A DNA stretch of 64,000 nt from Auanema rhodensis (taxonomy: Eukaryota > Animalia > Nematoda), in NCBI GenBank assembly GCA_964057225.1, contig OZ059897.1, forward strand, positions 20,832,001 through 20,896,000, written 5' to 3'. Position numbers and translations under genes: made by a program. Numbering within the stretch: position 1 is the first letter of the stretch; every line of letters starts with the position of its first letter. Positions 11,584 to 26,400 of this stretch are shown here, piece by piece. Under the pieces are notes generated by a model. That model searched no databases and was not told where the DNA came from. It saw only the letters and a program-made list of their open reading frames with translations.

Positions 11584-13689
11584 AAGTAAATGTTTTTAAA
11601 TTCCTTTTTTCAAGGCAAAGACGATGGACAATGTTATTCAACGAAAAAATTAATTCTTCAGGGTTAAAATCGAGGATATAAGTGTGAACTTATATCAGTT
11701 GATATCTCGGTGCATTTTTAAGCTAGCGCAAATCTGATAACACAGATCGACGCAGCTTAAAAATCCGCATCGAATGCACTATATTACATTGAGAAACGCT
11801 TGATACAAAAATTAGTTATGATCGTTTGAAAAATGATGCATTAGTGTATGTTGAGTTTCCATGTACACTCAACATTGCTTCCAAAAACATTTTGACAAAA
11901 ATTTTTTCGAAAAATTTCAAAATAATTTAGCAAAAAGTAGATGTTTTTAGATTCCTTTTTTCAAGGCAAAGACGATGGACAATAATATTCAACGAAAAAA
12001 TTATTTCTTCAGGGTGAAAATCGAGGATATAAGTGTGAACTTATATCAGTTGCTATCTCGGTGCATTTTTAAGCTAGCGCAAATCTGATAACACAGATCG
12101 ACGCAGCTTAAAAATCCGCATCGAATGCACTATACTACATTGAAAAACGCTTGATACAAAAATTAGTTATGATCGTTTGAAAAATGATGCATTAGTGTAT
12201 GTTGAGTTTCCATGTACACTCAACATTGCTTCCAAAAACATTTTGACAAAAATTTTTTCGAAAAATTTCAAAATAATTTAGCAAAAAGTAAATGTTTTTA
12301 AATTCCTTTTTTCAAGGCAAAGACGATGGACAATGTTATTCAACGAAAAAATTAATTCTTCAGGGTTAAAATCGAGGATATAAGTGTGAACTTATATCAG
12401 TTGATATCTCGGTGCATTTTTAAGCTAGCGCAAATCTGATAACACAGATCGACGCAGCTTAAAAATCCGCATCGAATGCACTATATTACATTGAGAAACG
12501 CTTGATACAAAAATTAGTTATGATCGTTTGAAAAATGATGCATTAGTGTATGTTGAGTTTCCATGTACACTCAACATTGCTTCCAAAAACATTTTGACAA
12601 AAATTTTTTCGAAAAATTTCAAAATAATTTAGCAAAAAGTAGATGTTTTTAGATTCCTTTTTTCAAGGCAAAGACGATGGACAATAATATTCAACGAAAA
12701 AATTATTTCTTCAGGGTGAAAATCGAGGATATAAGTGTGAACTTATATCAGTTGCTATCTCGGTGCATTTTTAAGCTAGCGCAAATCTGATAACACAGAT
12801 CGACGCAGCTTAAAAATCCGCATCGAATGCACTATATTACATTGAAAAACGCTTAATACAAAAATTAGTTATGATCGTTTGAAAAATGATGCATTAGTGT
12901 ATGTTGAGTTCCCATGTACACTCAACATTGCTTCCAAAAACATTTTGACAAAAATTTTTTCGGAAAATTTCAAAATAATTTAGCAAAAAGTAAATGTTTT
13001 TAAATTCCTTTTTTCAAGGCAAAGACGATGGACAATGTTATTCAACGAAAAAATTAATTCTTCAGGGTTAAAATCGAGGATATAAGTGTGAACTTATATC
13101 AGTTGATATCTCGGTGCATTTTTAAGCTAGCGCAAATCTGATAACACAGATCGACGCAGCTTAAAAATCCGCATCGAATGCACTATATTACATTGAGAAA
13201 CGCTTGATACAAAAATTAGTTATGATCGTTTGAAAAATGATGCATTAGTGTATGTTGAGTTTCCATGTACACTCAACATTGCTTCCAAAAACATTTTGAC
13301 AAAAATTTTTTCGAAAAATTTCAAAATAATTTAGCAAAAAGTAGATGTTTTTAGATTCCTTTTTTCAAGGCAAAGACGATGGACAATAATATTCAACGAA
13401 AAAATTATTTCTTCAGGGTGAAAATCGAGGATATAAGTGTGAACTTATATCAGTTGCTATCTCGGTGCATTTTTAAGCTAGCGCAAATCTGATAACACAG
13501 ATCGACGCAGCTTAAAAATCCGCATCGAATGCACTATACTACATTGAAAAACGCTTGATACAAAAATTAGTTATGATCGTTTGAAAAATGATGCATTAGT
13601 GTATGTTGAGTTTCCATGTACACTCAACATTGCTTCCAAAAACATTTTGACAAAAATTTTTTCGAAAAATTTCAAAATAATTTAGCAAA
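11584..13689 (+). repeat. Dimeric higher-order repeat, 3 copies (702-bp period)
   Basis: Two monomer types alternate. Private marker TTGCTATC sits at 12053, 12755 and 13457 with linked ACAATAATA. The partner type carries GTAAATG/TTAAATTCCTT/GGTTAAAA. Confidence 0.92.
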
Positions 13690-13919
13690 AAGTAGATGTT
13701 TTTAGATTCCATTTTTCAAGGCAAAGACGATGGACAATGTTATTCAACGAAAAAATTAATTCTTCAGGGTGAAAATCGAGGATATAAGTGTGAACTTATA
13801 TCAGTTGATATCTCGGTGCATTTTTAAGCTAGCGCAAATCTGATAACACAGATCGACGCAGCTTAAAAATCCGCATCGAATGCACTATACTACATTGAGA
13901 AAAGCTTAATACAAAAATT

Positions 13920-16900
13920 AGTTATAATCGTTTGAAAAATGATGCATTAGTGTATGTTGAGTTTCCATGTACACTCAACATTGCTTCCAAAAACATTTTG
14001 ACAAAAATTTTTTCGAAAAATTTCAAAATAATTTAGCAAAAAGTAGATGTTTTTAGATTCCATTTTTCAAGGCAAAGACGATAGACAATGTTATTCAACA
14101 AAAAAGTTAATTCTTCAGGGTGAAAATCGAGGATATAAGTGTGAACTTATATCAGTTGATATCTCGGTGCATTTTTAAGCTAGCGCAAATCTGATAACAC
14201 AGATCGACGCAGCTTAAAAATCCGCATCGAATGCACTATACTACATTGAGAAAAGCTTAATACAAAAATTAGTTATGATCGTTTGAAAAATGATGCATTA
14301 GTGTATGTTGAGTTTCCATGTACACTCAACATTGCTTCCAAAAACATTTTGACAAAAATTTTTTCGAAAAATTTCAAAATAATTTAGCAAAAAGTAGATG
14401 TTTTTAGATTCCATTTTTCAAGGCAAAGACGATGGACAATGTTATTCAACGAAAAAATTAATTCTTCAGGGTGAAAATCGAGGATATAAGTGTGAACTTA
14501 TATCAGTTGATATCTCGGTGCATTTTTAAGCTAGCGCAAATCTGATAACACAGATCGACGCAGCTTAAAAATCCGCATCGAATGCACTATACTACATTGA
14601 AAAACGCTTAATACAAAAATTAGTTATGATCGTTTGAAAAATGATGCATTAGTGTATGTTGAGTTTCCATGTACACTCAACACTGCTTCCAAAAACATTT
14701 TGACAAAAATTTTTTCGAAAAATTTCAAAATAATTTAGCAAAAAGTAGATGTTTTTAGAATCCTTTTTTCAAGGCAAAGACGATGGACAATGTTATTCAA
14801 CGAAAAAATTATTTCTTCAGGGTGAAAATCGAGGATATAAGTGTGAACTTATATCAGTTGATATCTCGGTGCATTTTTAAGCTAGCGCAAATCTGATAAC
14901 ACAGATCGACGCAGCTTAAAAATCCGCATCGAATGCACTATACTACATTGAAAAACGCTTGATACAAAAATTAGTTATGATCGTTTGAAAAATGATGCAT
15001 TAGTGTATGTTGAGTTTCCATGTACACTCAACATTGCTTCCAAAAACATTTTGACAAAAATTTTTTCGAAAAATTTCAAAATAATTTAGCGAAAAGTAGA
15101 TGTTTTTAGATTCGATTTTTCAAGGCAAAGACGATGGACAATGTTATTCAACGAAAAAATTATTTCTTCAGGGTGAAAATCGAGGATATAAGTGTGAACT
15201 TATATCAGTTGATATCTCGGTGCATTTTTAAGCTAGCGCAAATCTGATAACACAGATCGACGCAGCTTAAAAATCCGCATCGAATGCACTATATTACATT
15301 GAAAAACGCTTAATACAAAAATTAGTTATGATCGTTTGAAAAATGATGCATTAGTGTATGTTGAGTTTCCATGTACACTCAACATTGCTTCCAAAAACAT
15401 TTTGACAAAAATTTTTTCGAAAAATTTCAAAATAATTTAGCAAAAAGTAGATGTTTTTAGATTCCTTTTTTCAAGGCAAAGACGATGGACAATGTTATTC
15501 AACGAGAAAATTAATTCTTCAGGGTGAAAATCGAGGATATAAGTGTGAACTTATATCAGTTGATATCTCGGTGCATTTTTAAGCTAGCGCAAATCTGATA
15601 ACACAGATCGACGCAGCTTAAAAATCCGCATCGAATGCACTATACTACATTGAGAAAAGCTTAATACAAAAATAAGTTATAATCGTTTGAAAAATGATGC
15701 ATTAGTGTATGTTGAGTTTCCATGTACACTCAACATTGCTTCCAAAAACATTTTGACAAAAATTTTTTCGAAAAATTTCAAAATAATTTAGCAAAAAGTA
15801 GATGTTTTTAGATTCCATTTTTCAAGGCAAAGACGATAGACAATGTTATTCAACAAAAAAGTTAATTCTTCAGGGTGAAAATCGAGGATATAAGTGTGAA
15901 CTTATATCAGTTGATATCTCGGTGCATTTTTAAGCTAGCGCAAATCTGATAACACAGATCGACGCAGCTTAAAAATCCGCATCGAATGCACTATACTACA
16001 TTGAGAAAAGCTTAATACAAAAATTAGTTATGATCGTTTGAAAAATGATGCATTAGTGTATGTTGAGTTTCCATGTACACTCAACATTGCTTCCAAAAAC
16101 ATTTTGACAAAAATTTTTTCGAAAAATTTCAAAATAATTTAGCAAAAAGTAGATGTTTTTAGATTCCATTTTTCAAGGCAAAGACGATGGACAATGTTAT
16201 TCAACGAAAAAATTAATTCTTCAGGGTGAAAATCGAGGATATAAGTATGAACTTATATCACTTGATATCTCGGTGCATTTTTAAGCTAGCGCAAATCTGA
16301 TAACACAGATCGACGCAGCTTAAAAATCCGCATCGAATGCACTATACTACATTGAAAAACGCTTAATACAAAAATTAGTTATGATCGTTTGAAAAATGAT
16401 GCATTAGTGTATGTTGAGTTTCCATGTACACTCAACACTGCTTCCAAAAACATTTTGACAAAAATTTTTTCGAAAAATTTCAAAATAATTTAGCAAAAAG
16501 TAGATGTTTTTAGAATCCTTTTTTCAAGGCAAAGACGATGGACAATGTTATTCAACGAAAAAATTATTTCTTCAGGGTGAAAATCGAGGATATAAGTGTG
16601 AACTTATATCAGTTGATATCTCGGTGCATTTTTAAGCTAGCGCAAATCTGATAACACAGATCGACGCAGCTTAAAAATCCGCATCGAATGCACTATACTA
16701 CATTGAAAAACGCTTGATACAAAAATTAGTTATGATCGTTTGAAAAATGATGCATTAGTGTATGTTGAGTTTCCATGTACACTCAACATTGCTTCCAAAA
16801 ACATTTTGACAAAAATTTTTTCGAAAAATTTCAAAATAATTTAGCGAAAAGTAGATGTTTTTAGATTCGATTTTTCAAGGCAAAGACGATGGACAATGTT

Positions 16901-17430
16901 ATTCAACGAAAAAATTATTTCTTCAGGGTGAAAATCGAGGATATAAGTGTGAACTTATATCAGTTGATATCTCGGTGCATTTTTAAGCTAGCGCAAATCT
17001 GATAACACAGATCGACGCAGCTTAAAAATCCGCATCGAATGCACTATATTACATTGAAAAACGCTTAATACAAAAATTAGTTATGATCGTTTGAACAATG
17101 ATGCATTAGTGTATGTTGAGTTTCCATGTACACTCAACATTGCTTCCAAAAACATTTTGACAAAAATTTTTTCGAAAAATTTCAAAATAATTTAGCAAAA
17201 AGTAGATGTTTTTAGATTCCTTTTTTCAAGGCAAAGACGATGGACAATGTTATTCAACGAGAAAATTAATTCTTCAGGGTGAAAATCGAGGATATAAGTG
17301 TGAACTTATATCAGTTGATATCTCGGTGCATTTTTAAGCTAGCGCAAATCTGATAACACAGATCGACGCAGCTTAAAAATCCGCATCGAATGCACTATAC
17401 TACATTGAGAAAAGCTTAATACAAAAATTA
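13920..17430 (+). repeat. Tandem duplication of a 5-monomer block (1755-bp period)
   Basis: TTATAATC 13926/15681, CAACAAAA 14100/15855, AACACTG 14683/16438, GAATCCTT 14760/16515, CGAGAAA 15506/17261. Confidence 0.9.
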
Positions 17431-20400
17431 GTTATGATCGTTAGAAAAATGATGCATTAGTGTATGTTGAGTTTCCATGTACACTCAACATTGCTTCCAA
17501 AAACATTTTGACAAAAATTTTTTCGAAAAATTTCAAAATAATTTACCAAAAAGTAGATGTTTTTAGATTCCATTTTTCAAGGCAAAGACGATAGACAATG
17601 TTATTCAACGAAAAAGTTAATTCTTCAGGGTGAAAATCGAGGATATAAGTGTGAACTTATATCAGTTGATATCTCGGTGCATTTTTAAGCTAGCGCAAAT
17701 CTGATAACACAGATCGACGCAGCTTAAAAATCCGCATCGAATGCACTATATTACATTGAAAAACGCTTAATACAAAAATTAGTTATGATCGTTTGAAAAA
17801 TGATGCATTAGTGTATGTTGAGTTTCCATGTACACTCAACATTGCTTCCAAAAACATTTTGACAAAAATTTTTTCGGAAAATTTCAAAATAATTTAGCAA
17901 AAAGTAAATGTTTTTAAATTCCTTTTTTCAAGGCAAAGACGATGGACAATGTTATTCAACGAAAAAATTAATTCTTCAGGGTTAAAATCGAGGATATAAG
18001 TGTGAACTTATATCAGTTGATATCTCGGTGCATCTTTAAGCTAGCGCAAATCTGATAACACAGATCGACGCAGCTTAAAAATCCGCATCGAATGCACTAT
18101 ATTACATTGAGAAACACTTGATACAAAAATTAGTTATGATCGTTTGAAAAATGATGCATTAGTGTATGTTGAGTTTCCATGTACACTCAACATTGCTTCC
18201 AAAAACATTTTGACAAAAATTTTTTCGAAAAATTTCAAAATAATTTAGCAAATGTAGATGTTTTAAGATTCCATTTTTCAAGGCAAAGACGATGGACAAT
18301 GTTATTCAACGAAAAAATTAATTCTTCAGGGTCAAAATCGAGGATATAAGTGTGAACTTATATCAGTTGATATCTCGGTGCATTTTTAAGCTAGCGCAAA
18401 TCTGATAACACAGATCGACGCAGCTTAAAAATCCGCATCGAATGCACTATACTACATTGAGAAAAGCTTAATACAAAAATTAGTTATGATCGTTTGAAAA
18501 ATGATGCATTAGTGTATGTTGAGTTTCCATGTACACTCAACATTGCTTCCAAAAACATTTTGACAAAAATTTTTTCGGAAAATTTCAAAATAATTTAGCA
18601 AAAAGTAAATGTTTTTAAATTCATTCTTCCAAGGCAAAGACGATGGACAATGTTATTCAACGAAAAAATTAATTCTTCAGGGTTAAAATCGAGGATATAA
18701 GTGTGAACTTATATCAGTTGATATCTCGGTGCATTTTTAAGCTAGCGCAAATCTGATAACACAGATCGACGCAGCTTAAAAATCCGCATCGAATGCACTA
18801 TATTACATTGAGAAACACTTGATACAAAAATTAGTTATGATCGTTTGAAAAATGATGCATTAGTGTATGTTGAGTTTCCATGTACACTCAACATTGCTTC
18901 CAAAAACATTTTGACAAAAATTTTTTCGAAAAATTTCAAAATAATTTAGCAAATGTAGATGTTTTAAGATTCCATTTTTCAAGGCAAAGACGATGGACAA
19001 TGTTATTCAACGAAAAAATTAATTCTTCAGGGTGAAAATCGAGGATATAAGTGTGAACTTATATCAGTTGATATCTCGGTGCATTTTTAAGCTAGCGCAA
19101 ATCTGATAACACAGATCGACGCAGCTTAAAAATCCGCATCGAATGCACTATACTACATTGAGAAAAGCTTAATACAAAAATTAGTTATGATCGTTTGAAA
19201 AATGATGCATTAGTGTATGTTGAGTTTCCATGTACACTCAACATTGCTTCCAAAAACATTTTGACAAAAATTTTTTCGAAAAATTTCAAAATAATTTAGC
19301 AAAAAGTAGATGTTTTTAGATTCCATTTTTCAAGGCAAAGACGATGGACAATGTTATTCAACGAAAAAATTAATTCTTCAGGGTGAAAATCGAGGATATA
19401 AGTGTGAACTTATATCAGTTGATATCTCGGTGCATTTTTAAGCTAGCGCAAATCTGATAACACAGATCGACGCAGCTTAAAAATCCGCATCGAATGCACT
19501 ATACTACATTGAGAAACGCTAAATACAAAAATTAGTTATGATCGTTTGAAAAATGATGCATTAGTGTATGTTGAGTTTCCATGTACACTCAACATTGCTT
19601 CCAAAAACATTTTGACAAAAATTTTTTCGAAAAATTTCAAAATAATTTAGCGAAAAGTAGATGTTTTTAGATTCCTTTTTTCAAGGCAAAGACGATGGAC
19701 AATGTTATTCAACGAAAAAATTATTTCTTCAGGGTGAAAATCGAGGATATAAGTGTGAACTTATATCAGTTGATATCTCGGTGCATTTTTAAGCTAGCGC
19801 AAATCTGATAACACAGATCGACGCAGCTTAAAAATCCGCATCGAATGCACTATACTACATTGAAAAACGCTTAATACAAAAATTAGTTATGATCGTTTGA
19901 AAAATGATGCATTAGTGTATGTTGAGTTTCCATGTACACTCAACACTGCTTCCAAAAACATTTTGACAAAAATTTTTTCGAAAAATTTCAAAATAATTTA
20001 GCAAAAAGTAGATGTTTTTAGAATCCTTTTTTCAAGGCAAAGACGATGGACAATGTTATTCAACGAAAAAATTATTTCTTCAGGGTGAAAATCGAGGATA
20101 TAAGTGTGAACTTATATCAGTTGATATCTCGGTGCATTTTTAAGCTAGCGCAAATCTGATAACACAGATCGACGCAGCTTAAAAATCCGCATCGAATGCA
20201 CTATATTACATTGAAAAACGCTTAATACAAAAATTAGTTATGATCGTTTGAAAAATGATGCATTAGTGTATGTTGAGTTTCCATGTACACTCAACATTGC
20301 TTCCAAAAACATTTTGACAAAAATTTTTTCGAAAAATTTCAAAATAATTTAGCAAAAAGTAGATGTTTTTAGATTCCTTTTTTCAAGGCAAAGACGATGG

Positions 20401-23400
20401 ACAATGTTATTCAACGAGAAAATTAATTCTTCAGGGTGAAAATCGAGGATATAAGTGTGAACTTATATCAGTTGATATCTCGGTGCATTTTTAAGCTAGC
20501 GCAAATCTGATAACACAGATCGACGCAGCTTAAAAATCCGCATCGAATGCACTATACTACATTGAGAAAAGCTTAATACAAAAATTAGTTATGATCGTTA
20601 GAAAAATGATGCATTAGTGTATGTTGAGTTTCCATGTACACTCAACATTGCTTCCAAAAACATTTTGACAAAAATTTTTTCGAAAAATTTCAAAATAATT
20701 TACCAAAAAGTAGATGTTTTTAGATTCCATTTTTCAAGGCAAAGACGATAGACAATGTTATTCAACGAAAAAGTTAATTCTTCAGGGTGAAAATCGAGGA
20801 TATAAGTGTGAACTTATATCAGTTGATATCTCGGTGCATTTTTAAGCTAGCGCAAATCTGATAACACAGATCGACGCAGCTTAAAAATCCGCATCGAATG
20901 CACTATACTACATTGAGAAAAGCTTAATACAAAAATTAGTTATGATCGTTTGAAAAATGATGCATTAGTGTATGTTGAGTTTCCATGTACACTCAACATT
21001 GCTTCCAAAAACATTTTGACAAAAATTTTTTCGAAAAATTTCAAAATAATTTAGCAAAAAGTAGATGTTTTTAGATTCCATTTTTCAAGGCAAAGACGAT
21101 GGACAATGTTATTCAACGAAAAAATTAATTCTTCAGGGTGAAAATCGAGGATATAAGTGTGAACTTATATCAGTTGATATCTCGGTGCATTTTTAAGCTA
21201 GCGCAAATCTGATAACACAGATCGACGCAGCTTAAAAATCCGCATCGAATGCACTATATTACATTGAGAAACACTTGATACAAAAATTAGTTATGATCGT
21301 TTGAAAAATGATGCATTAGTGTATGTTGAGTTTCCATGTACACTCAACATTGCTTCCAAAAACATTTTGACAAAAATTTTTTCGAAAAATTTCAAAATAA
21401 TTTAGCAAATGTAGATGTTTTAAGATTCCATTTTTCAAGGCAAAGACGATGGACAATGTTATTCAACGAAAAAATTAATTCTTCAGGGTGAAAATCGAGG
21501 ATATAAGTGTGAACTTATATCAGTTGATATCTCGGTGCATTTTTAAGCTAGCGCAAATCTGATAACACAGATCGACGCAGCTTAAAAATCCGCATCGAAT
21601 GCACTATACTACATTGAGAAAAGCTTAATACAAAAATTAGTTATGATCGTTTGAAAAATGATGCATTAGTGTATGTTGAGTTTCCATGTACACTCAACAT
21701 TGCTTCCAAAAACATTTTGACAAAAATTTTTTCGGAAAATTTCAAAATAATTTAGCAAAAAGTAAATGTTTTTAAATTCATTCTTTCAAGGCAAAGACGA
21801 TGGACAATGTTATTCAACGAAAAAATTAATTCTTCAGGGTTAAAATCGAGGATATAAGTGTGAACTTATATCAGTTGATATCTCGGTGCATTTTTAAGCT
21901 AGCGCAAATCTGATAACACAGATCGACGCAGCTTAAAAATCCGCATCGAATGCACTATATTACATTGAAAAACGCTTAATACAAAAATTAGTTATGATCG
22001 TTTGAAAAATGATGCATTAGTGTATGTTGAGTTTCCATGTACACTCAACATTGCTTCCAAAAACATTTTGACAAAAATTTTTTCGAAAAATTTCAAAATA
22101 ATTTAGCAAAAAGTAGATGTTTTTAGATTCCTTTTTTCAAGGCAAAGACGATGGACAATGTTATTCAACGAGAAAATTAATTCTTCAGGGTGAAAATCGA
22201 GGATATAAGTGTGAACTTATATCAGTTGATATCTCGGTGCATTTTTAAGCTAGCGCAAATCTGATAACACAGATCGACGCAGCTTAAAAATCCGCATCGA
22301 ATGCACTATACTACATTGAGAAAAGCTTAATACAAAAATTAGTTATGATCGTTAGAAAAATGATGCATTAGTGTATGTTGAGTTTCCATGTACACTCAAC
22401 ATTGCTTCCAAAAACATTTTGACAAAAATTTTTTCGAAAAAATTTCAAAATAATTTACCAAAAAGTAGATGTTTTTAGATTCCATTTTTCAAGGCAAAGA
22501 CGATAGACAATGTTATTCAACGAAAAAGTTAATTCTTCAGGGTGAAAATCGAGGATATAAGTGTGAACTTATATCAGTTGATATCTCGGTGCATTTTTAA
22601 GCTAGCGCAAATCTGATAACACAGATCGACGCAGCTTAAAAATCCGCATCGAATGCACTATATTACATTGAAAAACGCTTAATACAAAAATTAGTTATGA
22701 TCGTTTGAAAAATGATGCATTAGTGTATGTTGAGTTTCCATGTACACTCAACATTGCTTCCAAAAACATTTTGACAAAAATTTTTTCGGAAAATTTCAAA
22801 ATAATTTAGCAAAAAGTAAATGTTTTTAAATTCCTTTTTTCAAGGCAAAGACGATGGACAATGTTATTCAACGAAAAAATTAATTCTTCAGGGTTAAAAT
22901 CGAGGATATAAGTGTGAACTTATATCAGTTGATATCTCGGTGCATTTTTAAGCTAGCGCAAATCTGATAACACAGATCGACGCAGCTTAAAAATCCGCAT
23001 CGAATGCACTATATTACATTGAGAAACACTTGATACAAAAATTAGTTATGATCGTTTGAAAAATGATGCATTAGTGTATGTTGAGTTTCCATGTACACTC
23101 AACATTGCTTCCAAAAACATTTTGACAAAAATTTTTTCGAAAAATTTCAAAATAATTTAGCAAATGTAGATGTTTTAAGATTCCATTTTTCAAGGCAAAG
23201 ACGATGGACAATGTTATTCAACGAAAAAATTAATTCTTCAGGGTGAAAATCGAGGATATAAGTGTGAACTTATATCAGTTGATATCTCGGTGCATTTTTA
23301 AGCTAGCGCAAATCTGATAACACAGATCGACGCAGCTTAAAAATCCGCATCGAATGCACTATACTACATTGAGAAAAGCTTAATACAAAAATTAGTTATG

Positions 23401-26400
23401 ATCGTTTGAAAAATGATGCATTAGTGTATGTTGAGTTTCCATGTACACTCAACATTGCTTCCAAAAACATTTTGACAAAAATTTTTTCGAAAAATTTCAA
23501 AATAATTTAGCAAAAAGTAGATGTTTTTAGATTCCATTTTTCAAGGCAAAGACGATGGACAATGTTATTCAACGAAAAAATTAATTCTTCAGGGTGAAAA
23601 TCGAGGATATAAGTGTGAACTTATATCAGTTGATATCTCGGTGCATTTTTAAGCTAGCGCAAATCTGATAACACAGATCGACGCAGCTTAAAAATCCGCA
23701 TCGAATGCACTATACTACATTGAAAAACGCTTGATACAAAAATTAGTTATGATCGTTTGAAAAATGATGCATTAGTGTATGTTGAGTTTCCATGTACACT
23801 CAACACTGCTTCCAAAAACATTTTGACAAAAATTTTTTCGAAAAATTTCAAAATAATTTAGCAAAAAGTAGATGTTTTTAGAATCCTTTTTTCAAGGCAA
23901 AGACGATGGACAATGTTATTCAACGAAAAAATTATTTCTTCAGGGTGAAAATCGAGGATATAAGTGTGAACTTATATCAGTTGATATCTCGGTGCATTTT
24001 TAAGCTAGCGCAAATCTGATAACACAGATCGACGCAGCTTAAAAATCCGCATCGAATGCACTATATTACATTGAAAAACGCTTAATACAAAAATTAGTTA
24101 TGATCGTTTGAAAAATGATGCATTAGTGTATGTTGAGTTTCCATGTACACTCAACATTGCTTCCAAAAACATTTTGACAAAAATTTTTTCGAAAAATTTC
24201 AAAATAATTTAGCAAAAAGTAGATGTTTTTAGATTCCTTTTTTCAAGGCAAAGACGATGGACAATGTTATTCAACGAGAAAATTAATTCTTCAGGGTGAA
24301 AATCGAGGATATAAGTGTGAACTTATATCAGTTGATATCTCGGTGCATTTTTAAGCTAGCGCAAATCTGATAACACAGATCGACGCAGCTTAAAAATCCG
24401 CATCGAATGCACTATATTACATTGAGAAACACTTGATACAAAAATTAGTTATGATCGTTAGAAAAATGATGCATTAGTGTATGTTGAGTTTCCATGTACA
24501 CTCAACATTGCTTCCAAAAACATTTTGACAAAAATTTTTTCGAAAAATTTCAAAATAATTTACCAAAAAGTAGATGTTTTTAGATTCCATTTTTCAAGGC
24601 AAAGACGATAGACAATGTTATTCAACGAAAAAGTTAATTCTTCAGGGTGAAAATCGAGGATATAAGTGTGAACTTATATCAGTTGATATCTCGGTGCATT
24701 TTTAAGCTAGCGCAAATCTGATAACACAGATCGACGCAGCTTAAAAATCCGCATCGAATGCACTATATTACATTGAAAAACGCTTAATACAAAAATTAGT
24801 TATGATCGTTTGAAAAATGATGCATTAGTGTATGTTGAGTTTCCATGTACACTCAACATTGCTTCCAAAAACATTTTGACAAAAATTTTTTCGAAAAATT
24901 TCAAAATAATTTAGCAAAAAGTAGATGTTTTTAGATTCCTTTTTTCAAGGCAAAGACGATGGACAATGTTATTCAACGAGAAAATTAATTCTTCAGGGTG
25001 AAAATCGAGGATATAAGTGTGAACTTATATCAGTTGATATCTCGGTGCATTTTTAAGCTAGCGCAAATCTGATAACACAGATCGACGCAGCTTAAAAATC
25101 CGCATCGAATGCACTATACTACATTGAGAAAAGCTTAATACAAAAATTAGTTATGATCGTTAGAAAAATGATGCATTAGTGTATGTTGAGTTTCCATGTA
25201 CACTCAACATTGCTTCCAAAAACATTTTGACAAAAATTTTTTCGAAAAATTTCAAAATAATTTACCAAAAAGTAGATGTTTTTAGATTCCATTTTTCAAG
25301 GCAAAGACGATAGACAATGTTATTCAACGAAAAAGTTAATTCTTCAGGGTGAAAATCGAGGATATAAGTGTGAACTTATATCAGTTGATATCTCGGTGCA
25401 TTTTTAAGCTAGCGCAAATCTGATAACACAGATCGACGCAGCTTAAAAATCCGCATCGAATGCACTATACTACATTGAGAAAAGCTTAATACAAAAATTA
25501 GTTATGATCGTTAGAAAAATGATGCATTAGTGTATGTTGAGTTTCCATGTACACTCAACATTGCTTCCAAAAACATTTTGACAAAAATTTTTTCGAAAAA
25601 TTTCAAAATAATTTAGCAAATGTAGATGTTTTAAGATTCCATTTTTCAAGGCAAAGACGATGGACAATGTTATTCAACGAAAAAATTAATTCTTCAGGGT
25701 GAAAATCGAGGATATAAGTGTGAACTTATATCAGTTGATATCTCGGTGCATTTTTAAGCTAGCGCAAATCTGATAACACAGATCGACGCAGCTTAAAAAT
25801 CCGCATCGAATGCACTATACTACATTGAGAAAAGCTTAATACAAAAATTAGTTATGATCGTTTGAAAAATGATGCATTAGTGTATGTTGAGTTTCCATGT
25901 ACACTCAACATTGCTTCCAAAAACATTTTGACAAAAATTTTTTCGGAAAATTTCAAAATAATTTAGCAAAAAGTAAATGTTTTTAAATTCCTTTTTTCAA
26001 GGCAAAGACGATGGACAATGTTATTCAACGAAAAAATTAATTCTTCAGGGTTAAAATCGAGGATATAAGTGTGAACTTATATCAGTTGATATCTCGGTGC
26101 ATTTTTAAGCTAGCGCAAATCTGATAACACAGATCGACGCAGCTTAAAAATCCGCATCGAATGCACTATATTACATTGAGAAACACTTGATACAAAAATT
26201 AGTTATGATCGTTTGAAAAATGATGCATTAGTGTATGTTGAGTTCCCATGTACACTCAACATTGCTTCCAAAAACATTTTGACAAAAATTTTTTCGAAAA
26301 ATTTCAAAATAATTTAGCAAATGTAGATGTTTTAAGATTCCATTTTTCAAGGCAAAGACGATGGACAATGTTATTCAACGAAAAAATTAATTCTTCAGGG

